A DNA stretch of 64,000 bases from Protoeuglena noctilucae (taxonomy: Eukaryota), in contig OY253674.1 in the NCBI GenBank assembly GCA_958009085.1, positions 992,001-1,056,000 of the forward strand, read 5' to 3'. The stretch's first letter is position 1, and the number at the start of each line of letters is the position of its first letter. Below the pieces are notes generated by a model. It worked only from the letters and a program-made list of their open reading frames with translations, did no database searches and was not told the origin of the DNA. The position numbers and the translations under genes are program-made. This document shows positions 1 to 15,100 of this stretch, piece after piece.

Positions 1-2
1 AG

Positions 3-41
3 GAGCCCAACATGTGGCGGCTGTCCAAGCGCTTCGGCTGA
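3..41 (+). CDS. 3' end of an unidentified gene cut by the window edge (...EPNMWRLSKRFG*)
   Basis: Short GC3-rich reading frame ending in TGA at 39-41 and followed by UTR-like sequence. Too short to identify. Confidence 0.35.
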   Translation, partial: EPNMWRLSKRFG

Positions 42-290
42 GGCACGCGCGCGTGGCGCGGCGGTCGCAGGCCATGCCACCGGGGGGCGCTCTCTGCGTG
101 TTCGCTTGTGTTTGAATCGTGCGCGTCTGGCGCGAGGCGGCCAGCTGTTCGCGGGCAGGCAGTCCACATGCCGAACTGCGCCCTAGTACTGCCCTGCTGC
201 AGCTCCGCGCACAGGCACATGCTGCCGGGCGCGCCAATCTCGCGCGCCCTGCACTTCAGAGTCTCGACCCACGAGCGACCGCAGGCACCC

Positions 291-2217
291 CTAGGCCCTG
301 CCGGCCCATGGCTGCGAGAAGCGCTCCCTCTCTGGCGACGTCTTGCGGAAATCTGCGTCGTACACCATGCTCTCGAGGACCTTGTATTCCCGGCACACCG
401 CGTCGTGCACGAAGCGCGCCAGGATCTCCTCCGACTCCTCGCCCTCCTTAGACTGCAGACAAAGCACTCTGTCGCCGTTTCGTGAGCGGCCCATCCGCAT
501 GCACGGCCGCCATCACTGGTGCCCACCAGCCTCGCCTGCGCAGTGAGGGCGGCCACGTCGACCTCGGGGCATGCCGAGATGCCCACCCCTGTGAAGTTGG
601 TCAGGCGCCGCTCCCCCAGCTGCTTCTCTGTGGTCTTGGGCGGGGGCATGACGGCCCAGGACACCATGGCCACGGGGTACAGGTGCGTGGGGGACTTGGA
701 CGTGGCCGCCAGCTTGGCCATCAGGCCCACCGCCGAGGGGTCGAAGCGGTCCGGCATCCACACGTCCTGGCCGTCCACCTCCTTTGGCCTGCGACGCGCG
801 GCGAGGCGGTGCGAGATATGCGCATCCGATCGACCCAGGCAAGTGTGGGAATACCTTCCCGACGCCCCGCGGCTCACCGGTCCCGTCCCCCCGAGGGGGC
901 GATCCACACCAGGCGCCCGCCCTCGTTGAGCATCTTGGCCATGACGACGAGCGTCTTGCGGTTCTGCCTCTGCTTGGCGGGCGCGGTGGCGGGGTCGTCG
1001 AACATGTGCTTCTTGGAGTGGACGCAGAAGAGGTTGCGGCCCATGGAGAAGGGCTTGCACATGGCGTCCTGCACCACGCGGTCGCCTGCCACGTAGATGA
1101 CGTCCTCGGCCATGCGGGGCTCGAGGGCCTCGAGCATGTGCGCCCACACCGCCGGGTCCGCCTCCGTCTGGTGGTTGGCCAGCACGACCACGTTGTGCCC
1201 GGCCCGCAGCCGCTCCCCCATCTCCTGGAAGGTCCCCGCGTTGCCCACGAACGACGTCTGGAAGTCGATCAGCGCGCCCACGTAGCGCTGCCCGAAGTCA
1301 TAGTAGTTGTAGGGCTCTGCAGGGGGGGGACAGGACGTCAAGCCTTGCAGGAGGGCCCAGGGTGTCGATGGCAGGGCGAGGGGGGCGCTGCCGTGCACGT
1401 ACCCAGGAGGCGTTCGTGGAACGAGGGGAACTCGTACGGGTCCATGAACTGGTACACGACCCGGTCCGCGATCGCGGCCTGCACCTCCGCCACGAACGTC
1501 TCGTCCCGCAGCCCCGAGCCCAGGACCGCCGTCTTGTAGTTGTTGTAAAAGTCCTTCCAGGCCGGCACTAACTTGGCTGGGAACTGCAGCGCGTGCGGAG
1601 CTAGCGGTTTGCAGCGGAGAGACGGTCGGCGAGCGCCGAGGCGCGCCCACGGCCCTGGTCCAAGCAGACGTGCCCGCGGACGCACCTTCCCCGCGGCCGC
1701 GAGCGCCTCCATCGTCCCGAAAAACTCCGCCTCCGACTTGACCGCAAAGAACGGGGTCTTAACGACTGGGCTGGGGCTCGCGGTCGCAGGCGCCTGGGCC
1801 CGGGCAGGCGCGACACTCCGCGGCCTGCAGAGGACGGGGCTGAGAGGCGGTCCGGAGCTGCAGGTGGGTGCTAGGGACGTCGCCCCTGCTACCAAAGGTC
1901 ACTGCACGTCATTGTAGAGCGGGAAGGTCCGCCCGGGCTGCGAGCGCGGCCCGGGTGCCAGTCGCAGGCGATCCCCGCCGGAACGCGCGGCGTCGGTGCG
2001 AGCGACCGACCGCGTTGGGCGCGATGTGGGACCCACGATCGGCGGGCCAACCACACATTCGATGTTAGGCGCCAGGCAGGCGCGAGCCGACGGATACTGG
2101 GTCGTCGTACCTGGGGGTGCAGCTCCACCGCCCAGGATGAGGCGCGACACTTCGGTCACGTCGCTGAACAACATGGCCACAGTGCGCGACCCGCTGGGCC
2201 GCGGCAGCGACGGACAT
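291..2217 (-). CDS. ATS1: Plastid glycerol-3-phosphate acyltransferase (soluble GPAT), about 6 exons
   Basis: Spliced exons give the HX4D catalytic motif NHQTEADPA, plus YVAGDRV, CKPFSMGRNLFCVHSKKHM, WIAPSGGRDR and C-terminal FSQPW. The Ser/Ala/Arg-rich transit-like N-terminus starts at ATG 2217 (start less certain). The last intron (453-535) is GC-AG. Confidence 0.92.
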
Positions 2218-2448
2218 GACAGCCAGCAGGTGATTCCGAGCTCGACGGGCTAAGTGAAGGGCTCCCGGACGATTTGTGCTACCTCTGAATTGGCAGCGAA
2301 GAGCCGGTTTTCTCTGGTTTCGTCTCCTCACCACTTTTCTGTCACGGGGCATCCCCAGCTGTCACCTCAACCATCATGATGGCAGCGCGTATACGGGAGG
2401 AACTGCATTTGCACGTGCAATTTGACAGGCTGGAGTCATCAGGAAGCC

Positions 2449-3627
2449 ATGTTTGGCAAAGTCTTTTTCGACGGGAGCGATGGCGCGCTGCCTGGCGCCT
2501 TCGGGTTCATGGTGCGAGCCAAAATGCCACAGCCCTCCTCTGCCGGTCCTTGCTTTATATAAGTACGCGCTCTTCGCCTCCTTGCTTCGCAGGAGCAGGA
2601 GAGCGCCCCCTTTGCCTCGTGGGAGCGGATGGGGGAGGCGCTGTGTGCTTTGAACAACATGCTCCGAGACGATGACCTTTGGATCGACGCTGCGCTGGAG
2701 ACGCCGCAGGAGCTCGCTGTGGTGGGTGGCTGCGGGGCCGGGGGAGGGCTCAGCCCTGGCATGCCGGGGCTGCCCTTCGTGCACAACAACAACCGCCCGG
2801 CCACCTCCCTGAGCAACGCAGGAGCTCGCCAACACCCTTCATGCCCTAATCCGACGAAGGGGCGCCGCGTCCACCAGCGGGGATGCGGGACTCGTCGCGA
2901 GGCTGCGTTCCGACCTGGCCGCGCAGCAGAGCAAGTGTGAGCGGCTGGAAGCAAAGCTGACGGAGCAGGAGAGGGCGCTGGCATCCGCTGAGACGTCCGC
3001 ACGCACCGCGGATGCGGAGGGTCGCGGGGAGCTGCAGCGCACCGCCAGGGCCCTGCAGGCCATGACGGCACGCTGCGCTGACATGCAGTCGAGGCACGGC
3101 CAGTTCGTGCACGAGCTGCGCAGGAAGGACCTGGAGTTCGAGCGTCTGCAGGTGCATGACATGCTGCGGGCTGAGGGTTCATGAAGCCTGTGGACTGGCG
3201 GGGGCACGAAACAAACCGTGACACCGCCGCAGGCACGGCTGGGGCAGTTGCTGCAGGAGCGAGGCCAACGCAAGGCGTCACGGGAAGCACCGCGCGACGT
3301 GTCTTACCAAGAGCTTGGGCCAGCAGGCCCCCTCGAGCGTGATGCCACGTACAAGATGGTCATCAGCGCCTACAACGAGAAGGTGAAGAGGAGATTTCCA
3401 GCCTCCCCGCAAGACACATAAGCGCGCCCCCTTCTGCCTCTCATCGGCACAGCGACCCCGTCTGCACGCAGCAAGCGGAGCTACACGCGGAAAACGAGCG
3501 ACTGAGGCGCGCGCTGGAATCGCTGGGGAAGGAGCACAAGGAGCTGATGGCGAGCCAGGGCACGCCCCAGTACGCTGCCGCCGACGCCGGTTCTGCCCGC
3601 GCGCTTGATAGGGCCGATCACGCCTGA
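2449..3627 (+). CDS. ADIP / SSX2IP (Msd1)-like coiled-coil microtubule-anchoring protein
   Basis: Spliced exons read PFASWERMGEALCALNNML...FVHELRRKDLEFERLQ|ARL...YKMVISAYNEK|QAELHAENERLRRALESL. This matches the remembered ADIP-family pattern (HE..KKE.E..KLQERL; YK.IV.AYE.K..EL..EN..LR). Confidence 0.65.
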
Positions 3628-3644
3628 CATGGTCGCGTGTCGTC

Positions 3645-5427
3645 TCAAGGTGCAGGGATGACTGTCTTCCTCCGCTGGCTGCGCCGCGAGCCCTCGTTGT
3701 CGTCGGTCCGCGGCCTCTTGCTTGAGCCTAGGGTCGCCTTGCTCATGGCCGCCTCGGGCGTGCTCCTGCACGCATCAGACCTGCCCCATTGAAACCGACC
3801 CGCAGCGCTTGGGTGCGCGCCTCTCGCCTGCGACAGCTTTAGGGAGACCCGGCAAGGCCCTGCTCGGCCACTCGCCTCGTGCGCCGCAAGTTGCCGGGCC
3901 CGGGCTGCGCAACCTTCGTCGTTTCCACGGCGGGAGGTGCGGCCGGTGGAGTCGACGTCACCAGCGTGCTCTCCGCGATTTGCTTCCTCAGCAATGCGTT
4001 CTGCAGAGCACGACCTCGCAACATATTCCTTAGACCCTTGAGGACCCTCCTCAAGGGTGCCCCACATGCTTGGCAGTCATGTGCATGACACTCGCCTGGG
4101 CCTTGAGGTCGGCGACCTGTTGCTCCAGGCTCTCGGTGTACGCCTGCTTCATCATGCGGCTCTTGGCGGCACTCTCGCGGTTCTTGCGCGCACGCTCCAT
4201 TGCCTTGGCCTGGCGATCCACGTCGGTGCGCTCGTGGCCGCTGTCGCTCTCCGGGGCCGCACGCTTGCTCTGCGCTCGCTCCCGCATGCGCTGCCGGGCC
4301 GCACGCTGGGCTGACCGCACCTGCTGCGACTTCTGCGACTCGGGCAGCGGCACGACCGCAGCATGCTCCAAGGCTGCGGGGCTGGGCAGCTGCACGGCCG
4401 CGGGGGCCGTCGAGCGACTCAGGGGGGTGGGGCCCGCGCCCCGCCCCCGGCCGCGGCCCCCCTTGCGCCCACTGTGGGACGGTCCCGCCTCGGCGCCGTT
4501 GAAGCTCTGCGGGCGGGGCAAGCGGCGGGACAGCTGCCGGCAACCTTCGACGGCGACAGCGAGCCGCGCACTCGGCCGACGCAGCGCGCGCGGGGCTCAC
4601 CGGCAGGCGTGCTGGTGGGATGCCGAGCGCCGGGGGCACGTAGTCGATGTTTGCCGTCGCAAGATACGACCCTATGGTGAGTCCCTGTGCGGGACAAGAG
4701 AGCCGCCATCCATCGCACCGGCGCCGAGAGCCAGCCGGGGCATCTGGGCCTCGCCAGGGCGCTGTCCCGGCACCCACCTCGGGGAGTATGTCGTCGCCTG
4801 TGGTTAGCGCCGAGTTTATGCCCGAAAACTGCCTGAAGACGTCATGCACAGTCTGCGATCCGTACTTCTCCAACGTGTTGGTCCTCATGAGCGAGCGGCG
4901 CTTGCCCAGCGACGGTTGCTGGGGGCAGGAGAGATGCGACCACGTGCGCCGTCGCCCGCGCGCACGCCAAGTCAGCCTTGCCATCGGGATGGCAACACAT
5001 CCCACCATAGAGCCAGGAGCGCGGGCCCTCACCCGTTGCGGGGCCTTCGGCGTCGGTGCTGCGGGAGTTGCAGTTGACCCATCCGCGCTCATCAATCGTA
5101 AGTCAATCTCGCCCAGGCTGTCCAGGAACTCCTCCTGGAAAACAAATGACACAAGGCGTGGCATCTCCGCCGTAAATGACCTCGGAGCGGCGCCGCGGCG
5201 ACCAGCCGCATTGCTTGACAAGCCCGGCAAGCTCGCCGCCGGCCCTCTCGTCTGTCCAGCAAGCGGCAACATTCGTCTTTCTCCCCACGCACCAGGGTCA
5301 TCTGCCCGACCGACTTCGCGCTCCCAAGCTGCTCCTCCAGTTGCCCGAACGTCAGGTTCAAAGCTTGGCTCCCCGACCGCGACAGGCTGCCCGGCTGGCC
5401 CGGGCCCGGGCCCCGCGGGGGACCCAT
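3645..5427 (-). CDS. bZIP transcription factor, group A (ABI5/ABF/AREB)-like
   Basis: Basic region and zipper RARKNRESAAKSRMMKQAYTESLEQQVADLKAQ|NALLRKQ. N-terminal LSRSGS..LTFGQL..GQMTL|EEFL and GSQTVHDVF boxes. C-terminal LRRTRSTP appears if the GC-AG intron 3766-3875 is removed; otherwise the stop is at 3839. Confidence 0.85.
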
Positions 5428-5665
5428 GGCTTCACCACGCAACGCCAAGCAACGCCGCCCCCCGTCCAAAGCCCTGTTCGCCCTGCAAGCTCAATGTCTG
5501 CTCCAGCAAAACTGCTTCACGGCAACTGCTTCAACCCCACCGCTGATCTCGCACACAGGATCGCATGGAAGCAACTGATGACTGAGGCGTGGACACGGGG
5601 ACGCGCCATAGCGCTGCCAGTAGGGCACCAGAGGGGCCGCCAGAGACCGCTGCCAGTGGCGACCA

Positions 5666-8717
<3,052 letters not shown>

Positions 8718-9135
8718 GCGCCTAAACAGCTTCGCACATTGGCAGGGAACCCCTGCGTGGTTGGGATTGGCCCCCGGCCCTCCGCAATGAGCCGGTTGGA
8801 GACCCAGCCTGTGACATGCGGACGTCCGCGCAGCGATTCTGACGACGGAGAGCCCCAGTTGGCGGCAGCACTTCTGCAGACGACAAGCACTCACCTGACA
8901 CGTGAGGTCGTCAGAACCACGCCCACCCCGACCAGGTCGGCGACCTGGCTCGCGGCCTTCGCCATCCCACATATGTGCGTCTTGCGTGGGGCTCCCTGCT
9001 TGACGCTTTTAGAACGGCCCACGCTGTTTCCTGCTTGGTTTTTGCCGCGAGCGTGGAGTCCCCGAGGCTTCCTCTCGGCAGGTCGTCGATCTACCGTCGG
9101 TGCGAGTCCCGCTGGTCAATAATGCGCTGGTCAAA
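8718..9135. promoter_or_regulatory. Probable bidirectional promoter/5'UTR region between GYRB (-) and the F-box gene (+)
   Basis: About 420 bp between two divergent start codons. Positional inference only; no specific element identified. Confidence 0.35.
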
Positions 9136-12100
9136 ATGAGGCCGGCGAAGCGGGCGCGGCTGGCGGGGAGAAGGAAGCCGGAGCCGGTCCAGTTGCTTGA
9201 GCTCCCGGACGGTGAGGCCGCGCTTCAAGAGAAACCGCGCTATGGCTTCCGTAGTCATCCAGGCGCGATAACTTGTGTGCAACGTGATATGAGCTGCGAT
9301 GAAACGCGCCCTAGCCGCTCAAGCAACGCCCGCTCCGCCTCGTTGGTCTCCCAGACGTTCTGGAGCATATTCTGGGCTTCTGCGGCGCCTCCACCCTCGG
9401 TGCACTGGAGTGCACGTGCAAGTATTTCAAGAACGTCCTCTCCAGCGAGAGGTTCGTCCTGGGCTCGCTCTGCGGAGGAGTGGGGGGGGGCCATGGGATA
9501 CGCAAGCACAGTTTTGTCTCCCGTGCTTCTGCCCGCACAGGTTCTGGGAGCCATTGGTGCCTTTCCCATGGCGAAACGCTGGATTCGTGCCCGGCCACCG
9601 CGCGGAGATGCGGGGCTCGGGGACGGCCGAGTGCCCCGCGACGTGGAGGGCCGCGGCCATCATGTCCTCCGTGTTTTGCCGGAGGTGGCCCTTAGCGAGC
9701 ATCCGGTGAGTCGCAAGCGAGGACGTAACCGTAGCGTGCGCCTTGTGCGCCATGGGCACCGGTGCCGGGCCCACGCGCGGCCTCCAGCTGCCCTGCGCTG
9801 CCTGGCCCCCAGGTCGCCCCTGGTGCATGAGCGGGACTCGATTCTGCTGCAACTGCACCCGCGGACGGAGAACCTCCCCGACCACACCATCGCCATCTGC
9901 GACCTCGACGTCGACCTGGCGTTCGCCCTCTGCGACCAGGGCCACGTCTTCCAGGCCGACCTCCTCATGTCCCTGGTCTGCCTCGCCTTCGTGCGGGAGG
10001 CCCACCTGGCCGCGCCGTACATCTCCTCCGCGCACCACATCCAGGAGTCCCTGGCGGCGCCCGTCCTCCTCCCCCAGACGGCCTACGCCCGGGTGCTCCT
10101 CTTCTCGTGCGGCCACGTCCACCGTGCCGCCGTCCTCATCAACGAGGCGCTGCATCAGCTGCGCTACCGGGGGATCCCCTCGCCCGCCGTGGACGGCATC
10201 CTCGAGTCCCTGGGGGGGCCGCACCTGCCGAAGGTGGACACGCGCCTGCCGCCCTTCCTGGGCGCCGTGGCGCACCCGGCCCTGCTGCACAAGCGCTGCC
10301 CCACCTCGGTGTACGACCGCACCGTCCACACCGTCCTCGAGGACGGATACCTCCGCCTGCCACGGTGCAGCGGGGAGCCTCCGCAGAAGGCAGGTGAGAG
10401 AGATGCAGGGCGAGGGCTACAGGGCGAGACGGGGTCCGCTGAGCCAGGCTGGCCTGACCGCCGGGGTGCCTCTCCACCGCGTGAGGCAACCACCGCACCG
10501 CCTGCTGCCTCCCTGCAGGGCCCCAGACGCACCAGCAAGCGCGGGCGATGCAGCACCAGCAGCGGGTGGCGGAGGAGTCCCCGCAGCACCTCGTCATTCC
10601 CCTGATAAGCAAGGGCACGCAGTTCCTGACGCGGGTCGTGCCCCAGCAGTCCCTGGTCGTGTTGTTGGAGGGCGAGGACGGCACCTGGTCCGGTGAGGCC
10701 GCCGCCTATGCCCGGTCCCGGCCCACCTAACGCGTTGCTGCCGTTGTCACCGGCTTGCGGACCCGCCCGTGCAGAGGCTACGAGGATAGGCCACCCGTGC
10801 CAGTGCTTCGCCCGGCCCATGACCACGGAGGGCAAAGTTATCTACCCCGACAGGTGAGGGGACGCCCGCCATTGAGACATCTCATCCTGACAGCAAAGCG
10901 GGCACCGACCATTCTTAGGTCACAAAACAGCGGCCCTTGCCAGCCCTGACCGTCGACCCTCCCCACCTGTCCCTCCCCACGACCCACGACTTCGGTCCCT
11001 CGCCCCTCGTCACCGCTTGCAACCCCAGCCCTCTCCCTCCCCGCAGCATGCTCCGCATCGCCCCCGTCCTGGAGGGCTTTTTCTCCGACGACCCCATCGC
11101 GGACGGCTTCAAGGCAGACCCCGTGACGGGCGCGCCCCTGCACACGCGGCCCTGGTGGCGGGCGCAGGTGCTGCTGTCGCACGACATCCCCTCCACGCTC
11201 GGGTGGCCCCCGCCGCCGCCGCCCCCGGACGTCCCCGCGTCGCTGGGGGAGGCGGCCGAGGACCCCCCGGAGGCGGGGCAGCGCAGGTACCGGATGGCGC
11301 TGGGGTCGTCGTCCCTGGCGGTGGACGTGGTCAGCCTGCAGCCGCCGCGGGTGCACCAGGTGTCGCTGTACACGCTCGCCGTGCGCGCGGCCCTGTACGT
11401 GCGGATGGCGCACGACTCCGTCATCTGCACGCACAACCAGGGCGGCGGCGACGAGGAGCAGCGGGGGCATCGGGATGGGAGGGCGCACGAGGGCATGCCC
11501 GGGTACCTGTCGTGCGCGACGTGCAATGCGGCGGCCGTGCGTGACATGTCGCCCATCATGGCCATCGTGGGGGAGGAGGCCGAGGCGCCCACCCTGGGAG
11601 ACGACGTGGCGGTGCTGCTGGGGTTCATGCAGGACGTGGTCGAGAAGACACTGCCCACGCAGTACATGGGATGCGAGGTGAGGGACGGCAGCTTCTCTCA
11701 AGGGTCGGTGGTTGTGCCAGCCCTCACCGCGTGTCGACTGCGCAGGCTGGTATCGGCAGGCGTCGTGAGAGAGGCGCTCTCGCTGTCTCGCAGAGCACGG
11801 CCTACGCGGAGCTGGCGATTGGCTTTGCGCTGGTGCTGCGGCAGTGCGGCCGCTCCCCCCGACTGGTGGCCTCCCGGCTCTGCGACGGGGCGCTGGCCCT
11901 GCGCCACGCGGGGCTGGTGAGTGGCGCCGTCCGCATCCTCAAGGCCGCCGCGATGGCGCGACTGACGCCCGTGGCGGCCGCCTGGGCCTGGGCGCCCCCG
12001 CGGCCGGGCGCGCCCTCCCGCGCGGCCGTGGGGGTGCGCGGGGAGCCCTCGCGGGTGCTGCTGGACCCCGCGGCCTGCGCGCACCTGGGCCCCGAGGGCG

Positions 12101-15100
12101 ACATCGAGGCCCTCGTCCGCGGGGTGGGCTCCGTGGCGGACGAGGTGGACCCTGACTCCCCCGTGGGGGAACTCCTTATTGACCTGGCGCGCATCTGCCG
12201 CGAGCTGGGCACCACGTACGACCGCCTCGTCGGGGGCGCCTCGCAGCTCGCGGTCGCCCTGCCCCTCCGCCACCTCATGGCCGACGTGCGGCGCCTGGCC
12301 CTCCCGTCCCTGTGCCGCAAGTACACGCTCGACGAGGTCCTGCTGCCCCCCGAGCAGCGGCTCGTGGACCGCTCCAGCGGCATCCTCGCGGCGCCCGGGC
12401 ACTTCGGCCGCCCCCTGGCGTGGCACCCGCGCCTCCAGGCCGTGGCGTGGTTCGCGGCGGCTGCCACGTGCGCCCGCGCCGCCGGCCAGGCCCGCGTGCT
12501 CTTCGACGCCGTGTCCTGCCTCATGTCGTGCCTCTCGGGCGCCATGAGCGACACGGGCCACCCGTGGTTCGCCCCCGAGCGACGCGCCGAGGCCATGACC
12601 ACCGCCGACGACGTCCTCGCCCTCCTCCGCTGGACCATGCCGTGGGTCAACCCGGGCCTCCGCCTGCCCCTCGCGGAGGTACCCCCCGCGCCCGCCCTGT
12701 GCTTCACCTCCCCCGTCCCCTTCCAGCTGCCCCAGGCGGACGACTACCTCTGCGCCCTCGCGGCCCAGAAGCCCCTGGTGAGGGGGGCCGTGTGCCGCGA
12801 GAATGCCCGTCTAGGAAGCTGCGTGCCTCGGCAAGCGACGCCCGTGCGCCCCCGATCCTCTTCCCCGCAGCTGGCCGTGCCCCAGGAGCTGCCGAACGCC
12901 TTCCTGCTCGAGACGGAGCAGCCGATGCTGGACTCGTTCCTGTGCCTGGGGCCGGACGACCTCACCTTCGGGGGCCTGGAGTGCCCCGAGACGCTGTGCC
13001 GCCGCATGGTGCTGCCGTGGGAGGTGGAGGAGGGGGCGCTCGTGCTGCGGCTGGCCACGGGGGAGGCGGAGCCACTGCCGCCCGACCTCGTCGTGTCGCA
13101 GGCGCTGCGCTACCTGCCGCCCCCGCGCGACGCCGCCAGAGAGGCGGGCGCGTGGGGTGCGCTGGGGCGCGGCGCGCCGGATGACGGGGCCGCGGCTGCC
13201 GGCGCGTCGGGGCAGTCCGCGGCCGCGGGGTCCGAGGGAAAGGGTACGAAGAAGCGCCGCGTGCAGGGGGCCCCTGGGCTCCCGTCGGCGGGCATCCCCC
13301 GTGTCCGTCACTACGTGGACGTGACGGACGCCCTGATCGACGAGTGGGACGCCAACGAGCACGACGTGTCGGACGTGGGGTTCCTGGCCGAGGTGGCCCA
13401 CATGCTGAACGGGGCTGGGTGCGTGCACTTCCAGATGCGGCGCTTCCACAAGGCCGCGGCCTGCTTCGGGCGCACCTACGAGCTCTTCGCCCGCCGCTTC
13501 CACCGCGACAGCGACGGCGGGCCCCGGGACGCCATCAACCTGCTGCAGGCGGTCGAGGGCGTGGCCGAGTGCCTCATGGTGTGGCGGGAGAGCGAGCGGG
13601 CGTGCGAGGCCTTGTCCCGGGGCCTGGCCATCTGCGACATGATGGACAGCAACGCCGCGCTCATCAAGGGCGGCGACGGCGCGCAGTTCCTCGAGCCCCT
13701 CAACGACAACTCCGTGCCCCGCTTCGTCTCCTCCCTGGCCATCCAGCTCGGCCACTGCCTCACGCAGCTCGTGCGCCGCCGCGGGCCCCAGACGGTGGTG
13801 GAGCACCGGTTCGCGGAGCGGCAGCGCCCGAGGCTGTCCACCAACTTCCGCTCGGAGCACAACATCACGCGCGCGCGCGTCACGGCGTCCCTGGAGCGCG
13901 CCGAGGCCGCCTGCGACCGGGGCCGCGTCTCGGCCACCCGCTGCCACGACGTGCGCTCCCTGGCCACCCTCTCGCTCGAGCAGGGGGAGATCTGGGCGGC
14001 GCAGGGGCGCCTGGGGGAGGCCTGCACGATGCTGCAGTGCGCCCTCCGCGACTACCGCGAGGTGTCGGGGGGGGGAGTGGTGGACGTGCGGACCCAGGAG
14101 ATGGTGACGCTGGCTACGCTGGGGGCCACGCAGCTCAAGGCGGGGGCGTACCTGCTGGCGTCGAGGTGTCTGTTCGCGGCGCAGCAGATCCCCCACGGGT
14201 GCATCAGGCAAGGGGCGCTTGATGATGTGATCCCCATCTGGCGCGCCCGGCCGCAGGTCGCTCACTCCCACGCCCACGCCCTCCACGCCCCCGCCCCCGC
14301 CCGCAGCCAGCCCAACTCCGAGTTCCTGTACGAGACGGTGGCGCAGTTCGCCCTCTGCGTGGGCCTCCCCGGCCACGCCTACGCCCTGGTCTGCACGCTG
14401 GCCGAGGTCCAGCACCTCGAGTGGGCCCTGTCGCCGCACCCCCTGGGCGAGGCCATCGCCGCGTGCAGCCTGGCCGTCCTGGCCGTGCAGGTGCTCTCCC
14501 ACGTCGCGCCGCCCCACGTCGTCGGCCGCGCCGCCCTGGCGCTCCTGGAGGCCTGCCAGCGTCTGCCGGACGCGCAGCTGCAGACGCAGCTGTGTGCCAT
14601 CCTCTGCCGATGCGTCCTCGACCGCGGGGGCGCGCCGGGCCCCGTCCGCGACGACGCCGCGGTGTTCCTGCAGTCGTACGGGCCGCAGGGGGAGGAGAAG
14701 GAGGGGCGGAAACGTCGCGGCGCTCGGGCAGCCCCCTCGCAGAGGGCAGCGGGGGAGGGCGCAGGGGGCCCGACGCACGCAGGGGCGAGGGCGGGCGCGC
14801 CGGCCACGGCCGCAGCGGATGGGGCAGCGCAGACGGACCGCGCCCCGGATGCCGGGCGCCGCGTGACGCGCCTGTCCGCGCGCGCGAGGGGCAGCGCCGA
14901 TGCGGAGGGTGCCACGGGCGGCGGGCGCAGGCGGCGGCCCCAGGTGCCGCGCCGGCCGGCTGGGGAGGGCAGGGCTGATGAGGCTCCGTGCGAGACGCCC
15001 GGCACGCAAGAGCGCCTGGGCGACAACGGGGGTGCCAGTGCTGCGGGGACGGGGCGGCATGCGGGCGCGGCAGATGTGAAGGAGAGGAGGAGGGAGTGGC

